From: Paraglomus brasilianum
Lineage: Eukaryota
Assembly: GCA_910592345.1 (NCBI GenBank)
Contig: CAJVPI010000013.1
Span: 62,001 to 93,364, forward strand
Direction of reading: 5' to 3'
Length of the DNA stretch: 31,364 nt
The notes under the pieces are model-generated. The model worked only from the letters and a program-made list of their open reading frames with translations. It searched no databases and had not been told where the DNA came from. A program made the position numbers and the translations under genes. Of the stretch, positions 25,358-31,364 are shown piece after piece; positions within the stretch are counted from its first letter, which is position 1, and the number at the start of each line of letters is the position of its first letter.

Positions 25358-26196
25358 TCATGCAGAATCGAGAATTTCTTGGTATTCTTGTTGAGAAGCC
25401 ATTCGCTTGTAATAGCTCCACACAACCAAACAGAAATGAAACTAAAATTTTGATATATATAATTGGATAAGTCATCATGAAATAAGAGAAACGAAACAGA
25501 TAATGTCGAGTAAATGATTTCCTGATTAAAGATCTCACCTGAAGCAGCCACCAAAATGTAGCAGTTATAACGAACGCAATAACCAAACGAATTTCTTCTG
25601 AACAGTCATCCACTTTTGAGCAATCGTCAGAGACAGTCAAAGAAAGTAAAGTAGTTTGGAGTACGATCGACAGAAGAAGCGTGACGGCGTAAGCCCAGTA
25701 CAATATGGCAAAGGCTTTGACAAGTTTGAATTTACCCTGTTGGAGGGGAAAGAAGAGCGTGTAAAGGGAAGAGGTGGGGGCAGCGTGTGAAAATAACTTT
25801 GTTCATAACACTATATAGATGCTGGCCCTATGTATTAGTATCGTACCTTCTGAACGCCATAAAAGCCACAAAAGCATAATAATGCAGCAAGCAGATAGAA
25901 AACAGTCAAGAAAATGGAAACCCCGAGTCCTTCGTCGGCACCCGGTCTAGCAATGGCAGCCAGGAAGTTGGATACCTGCAGTAAAGGCAGAAGGAGTGAG
26001 CGCGCCGTAACAGTTTATATATCGTATGAGAGTTTCTATTGATTATATGGTACCATGCCCAGAACGGCCAATGTCAGAGTTGCCGGTCTGAGAGTTTTTA
26101 TAGAGTTTGAATTTAATACCAAGACTTGTTACAAGAACGAAACGTCCACTTATTATTTTACCTCAAGTCAACGCAAAAAAGGCACTTTTCAACCAT
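25358..26196 (-). CDS. Small four-TM membrane protein (LAPTM/Kei1-like tetraspan architecture); exons 26196-26162, 26087-26054, 25975-25847, 25736-25539, 25441-25358 (159 aa)
   Basis: Four GT-AG introns give an uninterrupted product MVEKCLFCVDLRPATLTLAVLGMVSNFL...CFCGFYGVQKGKFKLVKAFAILYW...FWWLLQFHFCLVVWSYYKRMASQQEYQEILDSA*. The N-terminal CxxCxxLR, the GxYG at the end of TM2 and the final VVWSYY fit this architecture; the family name is inference. Confidence 0.82.
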
Positions 26197-26529
26197 AGTG
26201 GAGTAGTAAACCGAGAGATTGAACAAGGTGATGATGAATAATCAATTCAAGACGGTATAAAAGTACGGACATTTTTCACACGAACACAAAGGCCGAAACC
26301 AGGGTTAGATGGCGCACATTAACATAACAGACAGATTGCTGGGGTCAGAATAGTCATGTTGTAACAAAAGGCGTAAACTGCTAAAATTCACATGATCCAA
26401 TAGACTGTGGTTATTTTAACACGTGATTTTATATTTGAGCTTGACAATGTTTTTAGGTTTCTTGGCGTGGAATAAAGGTTTTCCGGTTATTGGATTAACA
26501 AATGTTATTAATTTCAACTTGCACAACAG

Positions 26530-27557
26530 ATCATCGATGGCCTCAACCTAAGTTCAAAAAGCTCTCTTTCATTAACTTGATTAACAAAGTACAAGGAGAG
26601 TTGATGTAAGCATCACATCAGTAGAGCGCACTTTAGCGATTTGACTACCTGAGCCTGGCTGTCTTTTTAAAGATAAAGTGAATAGTGAATAGTGAACATA
26701 ATAGAATGTAAACAAATGTATAATTTATCAGCATAAGTTTTCGTTACCAATTGGTGTAACGCATATTGATATTAATATTAATATGCTTTATTAGCCCATC
26801 AATATTAATTGTCACGGGTTTAGGTATCTAGTATCGCCAATAGTTAAGTTTGGTCTCATAAGGAGTCTCGTAACCGACTTGTCTTGATATGATGAAAATG
26901 TCGTCTGGGACGATGAGACGATAAGTTGTCTGCATCATAACTGTCGTGCAAATAGATAATTTATATCATATGACTTGCTGTGAAATGCAAGGTGCTAATG
27001 AAGAACAATTCACTTTATATTTACACTTAACCATACGGTTTTAATGTGTTCATAAAACCAGAATCGTCTTTATAAAATGAGTTATTGGTATGTCAACGAC
27101 ATGATTGTCTTCATATGATTGTCTTCATATTTAAGCCGAGTACTTGTTTTTATTATTTACACACGAGTGTACATACAATCTAATTTTGTTGTAGATACAA
27201 GCAGAGTTGGTATGGGGAAAACGCTTAGAAAAAGCAAATCGAACCCGTCAAATCGTCACCACTGATATTGTTAATATAGGCGAGAATGAAATATACGACA
27301 GACATAACAATTCGGATTGGGAAATGGCGAATAATTGTAATTCTATCGAAACAATCGGTAACGACGTGATAACAATGATGATTAATACTGAGCCATTGGA
27401 CGAAAACGATAAAAAAGATATTGATGTATGGCCTTGCACTTTAGATGTAAAGAGCGTGGTTGACCAGCGTTTCGTTGAATACGATAAAGTCCAAGACTCA
27501 AACTCCAGCATTTCCTCTGATGCGGTAGTTGGCGTACGGGTAAACCAACCCAAATAA
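26530..27557 (+). pseudogene. Possible decayed multi-exon gene of unknown family
   Basis: Exon-like 26530-26605 (CAG|...HRWPQPKFKKLSFINLINKVQGEL|GTAAGC) joins in phase to 26824-26991, which has three in-frame stops. A further open frame follows a TTGTAG acceptor at about 27194 and runs to 27557. The later junctions do not phase cleanly. Confidence 0.25.
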
Positions 27558-27809
27558 TAACGTATTACTCTTGTGAATAAAGACATGACATTATACTCTG
27601 TGTGGCATTATTGATGTGCGGATTAAGCTTATGGTGACCACCCGACGTTTTCTATGTATGGTCCATTGTAAATATATCATACCGATACGAGGTTCTGTCT
27701 GTATAAGATGTGAAACAATGTCGTCAGGATATTTTCAAAGGCATGCGTGCCACGAGTATTCTAGTTTAGTGATATGGTTGTTATCCTTGCAGATCTCGTT
27801 GTTGTACCT

Positions 27810-27877
27810 CCTGTCTCGGGTGACTGGGTTCTGGACTGGGTGACTGGGCTCTGGACTGGGTTCTGAATTGAGACAGG
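27810..27877. repeat. 20-bp tandem unit (GGGTGACTGGG[T/C]TCTGGACT)x2 plus partial, bracketed by 8-bp inverted ends CCTGTCTC/GAGACAGG
   Basis: Inverted ends at 27810-27817 and 27870-27877. Confidence 0.7.
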
Positions 27878-28171
27878 TTGCAACTCAGACGTAACATCAT
27901 TATAGAGCATACTTATGCAAATACTCGGATAATAAAAAGCTTTGCCATCCACAAGAAAGAAATAATCGAGATTATACGCCCGTTCGCGTTTTTTGTAATG
28001 TAATTCTTGTATCCCGATTCCAAAACCTAATCTAAAAATTTTTAATCAATTATCGACAAAATGAGAAACTATTCGGAACTTATCTGCAGAAACCTTTTTT
28101 TTTTTGACTTGCGTTTTTTGTAACGGTATATACGTTAGACAATGTAGGCTTTAACCGATAACATTGCGTGA

Positions 28172-28211
28172 ATTCGATGGTTAATCTATGAATACGCATT
28201 AACCATCGAAT
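28172..28211. repeat. Perfect 14-bp inverted repeat with 12-nt spacer
   Basis: ATTCGATGGTTAAT (28172-28185) and ATTAACCATCGAAT (28198-28211). Confidence 0.9.
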
Positions 28212-28803
28212 GCAGTCGTATTGACAATCGTATTGCACGACAATGCTGGAAATAGATATGCTATTTTAAATGCCAAAGTGTACGAATATCTTGTCTCAAA
28301 TTAGAATTAGCAGAATTGCCTTTCCATTAAGCAGATCAATAACTATTCAAAGCATGTCTTCTAATTGGTGTTTCTCTGTTATTTTTAGCGTCCTGACATG
28401 CTTGGTTTTTTTTCTTGCACAAGTCTTTTATGCTAACCTTTTTTCTCCCGATTGCAAGATTGTTCAACGCTCCGTGCCTTTGATCTTTCTCGTTCATAAA
28501 ATAAAAAGAATCGATTAGATTCTCACTCGGTAAAAATAGCATAGTGTGACGAATAAGGTGTTCAATTATCTAATATTACTATTACGTAGGAAAAAGATAA
28601 GCCACTACATAGAAGGTTAGGCATCGAGATTTAATATGCAGGAGTTCAACGTGCACTATATACAGCAAAATTATTTTAGCAATCCAATGACATAGCGCAT
28701 GCCATACGCGGCGCAAACACATATATATTCGTGCTGTTCTTGCTCGAAACCTTCCTTCACCGATTAATAAGACAAGATCATTACAAATTACATAATAATA
28801 AAA

Positions 28804-29313
28804 ATGAATCGCAAAAGCGCTATCATTGCCTTGTTGATGACAATTGCTCTTATAATTACAGCAGTCACGGCTGTTCCTGCGCCCCAAAAAAGAGCTTGTT
28901 CTGGTGGGTATTAACAGATAATAATTAGATGTTTGTTTCAAAGACGACTAAGCCAACATCATGACGCTAAAACGATGATTTTGTTCATAATAGATTTCGT
29001 TATCACATATCCTAGCGGAGGCGAAATATTGAAGAATGGATCCAAACAGAAAGTTGTTGTCGATATTAAAACCTCAGGCATAAAAGAAATTACAGCAGTC
29101 GATCTTTTCTATAAAAATGGAACATATTACGGCTTGTTATGGTCTGGAAATCAAGATCAAGCAACAGTAACAGCCAACACAATTACAGTAACGTTTCCCT
29201 TGCAAATCAATCCGCAAGTTATTCCCGGAATATTTTTCTATCGAGTATGGGGACAAGAACCAGCAGGACCAAATTGCTTTAAGACCAGCAAAGACTTCGC
29301 TATTGAAAAATAA
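28804..29313 (+). CDS. Small secreted protein, probable Kre9/KNH-N-like Ig fold; exons 28804-28903 and 28994-29313 (139 aa)
   Basis: Signal peptide MNRKSAIIALLMTIALIITAVTA, pro-segment VPAPQKR (Kex2-like KR), phase-1 intron 28904-28993 (GTGGGT...TAG). Mature domain begins ACSDFVITYPSGGEILKNG and ends CFKTSKDFAIEK, with two Cys. Confidence 0.82.
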
Positions 29314-30925
29314 AAGATAATATGAATAATAACAGTAGAAAGTAACAATACGATATGATTATTATTGCGACATTAGCACTTGTATCAGACAATTGCATTT
29401 CAATGGCATAATTGCTTGATTGCCATGTCCACTATTCTTTGTAATTGCGAATAAACCGAACAAATTATATAAAATTATTAGTATCATAACAACTGACTAA
29501 TCTGAACCAATTCCTCTTTCTAACTGGGATCACTAAAAGTGATGGTACTCGAAGAAGAAGGGGTTGGAGAATGACACCGAGCCTTACTATTACTTCTGCT
29601 CAGGGGCATGCAATGCGGGCCCAGGTCGACCACGCGCAACAATCTCATATAGTCAAATAATACACAAAAGCGACATAATAATAAGTATACCTTAATTTAG
29701 TGTTACAGAAGTTTAAATATAACACAGATTGCCTTTCCCCTGATGAATGAGGCTTAATTTGGTACATTCATTATGGTGCAATTGAGTTTGATTCTTTATT
29801 AGGCATGCCGATGGGAGACAATATATTAATGTGGAGGCTTGAGTAAAAGGTTACATTCATAAACGGTAAGATTATTAACAAGCACAGTGAACGATGGAGT
29901 TGGCCTATTGTGAGAGCAAACTTCAAGCAAAGCTGGTGCCAGCTTAATTAGAATAACGTGGGTAGACTAGTGAATCGGAACATATGCACGTTGTGTAGAA
30001 CCTGAACTACTTATTAAATTGCGTCATCTCTTAATTAACAATTATTAATTAAAGTTTGAAATGTTGCATTTCTTATTAGACATATTCAAGGTAACCGACC
30101 CATCGTCCGCTTCCATAGTAATAGTAGCTTGCCATTTGATCAGTAAGAGAGGACCGATTATTATTATGACAAGAGTGATAAATAAAATCAAGTTTTTTGG
30201 AACAGACGGAAAATAAGAAATAACGTACTTCAATAATATGCATATCGATGTAAGTAAGGGGGTTTAATGATCAGAACACACACATGTAAATCTGATAGCC
30301 TTTACCTTGAAAAATCGACCACATGTTTAACACAAACGAAATAACTTTTATTAGAAGTGTTGATCATGTATTACCGCAGATATATATTATAAAGAAGCAT
30401 TAACTAGCAAGTGTCTTTTATCAAGATGAGCAGTACGACATGATACAAGGTTTGCGGGTATATACATATTTATATCCATATTTGTCAGTTCCTTTAATTG
30501 CGATTCATCCGGGGGAAAAAAAATGATGCTAGGGACAACAAAATATAGGATCAATCACTTTGTCTTTGTCATTTCGATCCCGAAAGCGACAAACGATGAT
30601 AATTCGCGCGTAGAACTTTCAAAATCCACTTCTATGTCACCCATCTCCATAATCTTTCCGCACCCACCATACGCCTGTTATTACTCTGGACGAAAAAACG
30701 CGATTTGTGGCTGCTTCATTTCGAAAAAAAAGAAGGTCTAATGAGGAAGATGATTAGAAATTTGAATGTGTTATGCATACCTTTAAGTATGCATAGGCAC
30801 TGCTGTCAAATAAATTAAAAATACTGTCTATGATAACGTCCTTGGACGTGTATATCCAATTATATGACATTTCATCGGAACAGGCAAATATGACTGCCAC
30901 AATAAATCGGATGGATTGTAACATA

Positions 30926-31364
30926 TCAATAGTAGGCATTACTACTATTTCCTGCATGATCTCCAGAGAGGATCAAGGCTTCATCAAGCAATGCCCGGAG
31001 GAAGATTCCCCGAGCGCCATTTTCATCTCGATCTATTACAGTCCCACAATTCCGGCACTTGTACATCTCGGACCCTCCTATTTTTGAACGCTCCCACCAG
31101 CGGCTAGTTTTTGAAGTATAGGCCTCATTTTGGATGATAACACGGACCCCTAATTCTTCTGCTTTAGCCACCAGGCGTTGGCGAAATTGATAGTGGTCCA
31201 AACAGAGCATTTTGCGAACGGGGTTTTCGTGCTATCTTTCTTTTTTTCGATTTACCGTATTCGACACCTCAAAAGGAGGAATGGTAATGGCATCAAATTC
31301 GCGAGTAAAAAATGCGACACTGAACTTTGCAGGTGTTCGTCCTATCCGAAAGATTGCCTTATCA
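30926..31364 (-). pseudogene. tnpB: Decayed 3' part of a Fanzor2/IS607-type TnpB RuvC nuclease, truncated by the window edge
   Basis: One frame reads VAFFTREFDAITIPPFEVSNTVNRKK..*..VRKMLCLDHYQFRQRLVAKAEELGVRVIIQNEAYTSKT-SRWW-..IGGSEMYKCRNCGTVIDRDENGARGIFLR. The EAYTSK, CxxC and DRDxNGARxI motifs are TnpB/Fanzor hallmarks. In-frame TAG at 31234-31232 and loss of the first Zn-finger CxxC indicate decay. Confidence 0.88.

Noticed and set aside
30045..30233. 62-aa ORF with one hydrophobic stretch
   Set aside because: Non-ATG start and no consistent exon partners found.

Overview
Eukaryotic, AT-rich fungal genomic DNA with short GT-AG introns. The gene and repeat content resembles an early-diverging fungus (Mucoromycota/Glomeromycotina-like; inference, not a database assignment). 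Six intact protein-coding genes can be built by hand: a single-exon Pcl/Pho80-family (Clg1-like) cyclin with a polyQ tract (6138-7556 +); DBP7-like DEAD-box helicase (12336-14819 +, 2 exons); SRP72 (17547-14840 -, 10 exons), whose stop lies only 20 bp from the helicase stop; an orphan multi-pass membrane protein with an Asp/Gly tail (18375-19331 +); a 5-exon four-TM protein (26196-25358 -); and a small secreted Ig-like protein (28804-29313 +). The first ~9 kb around the cyclin is very dense in simple repeats. 19.9-21.95 kb is a decayed mosaic of a PrimPol/virus-type AEP primase fragment, a DUF6589-like putative transposase relic and a small Cys/His-motif ORF. The right edge holds the decayed 3' part of a Fanzor2/IS607-type TnpB RNA-guided nuclease, followed by hairpins that may be its omegaRNA scaffold. 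No tRNA, rRNA or CRISPR array was recognised, and no complete novel system can be demonstrated from sequence alone.
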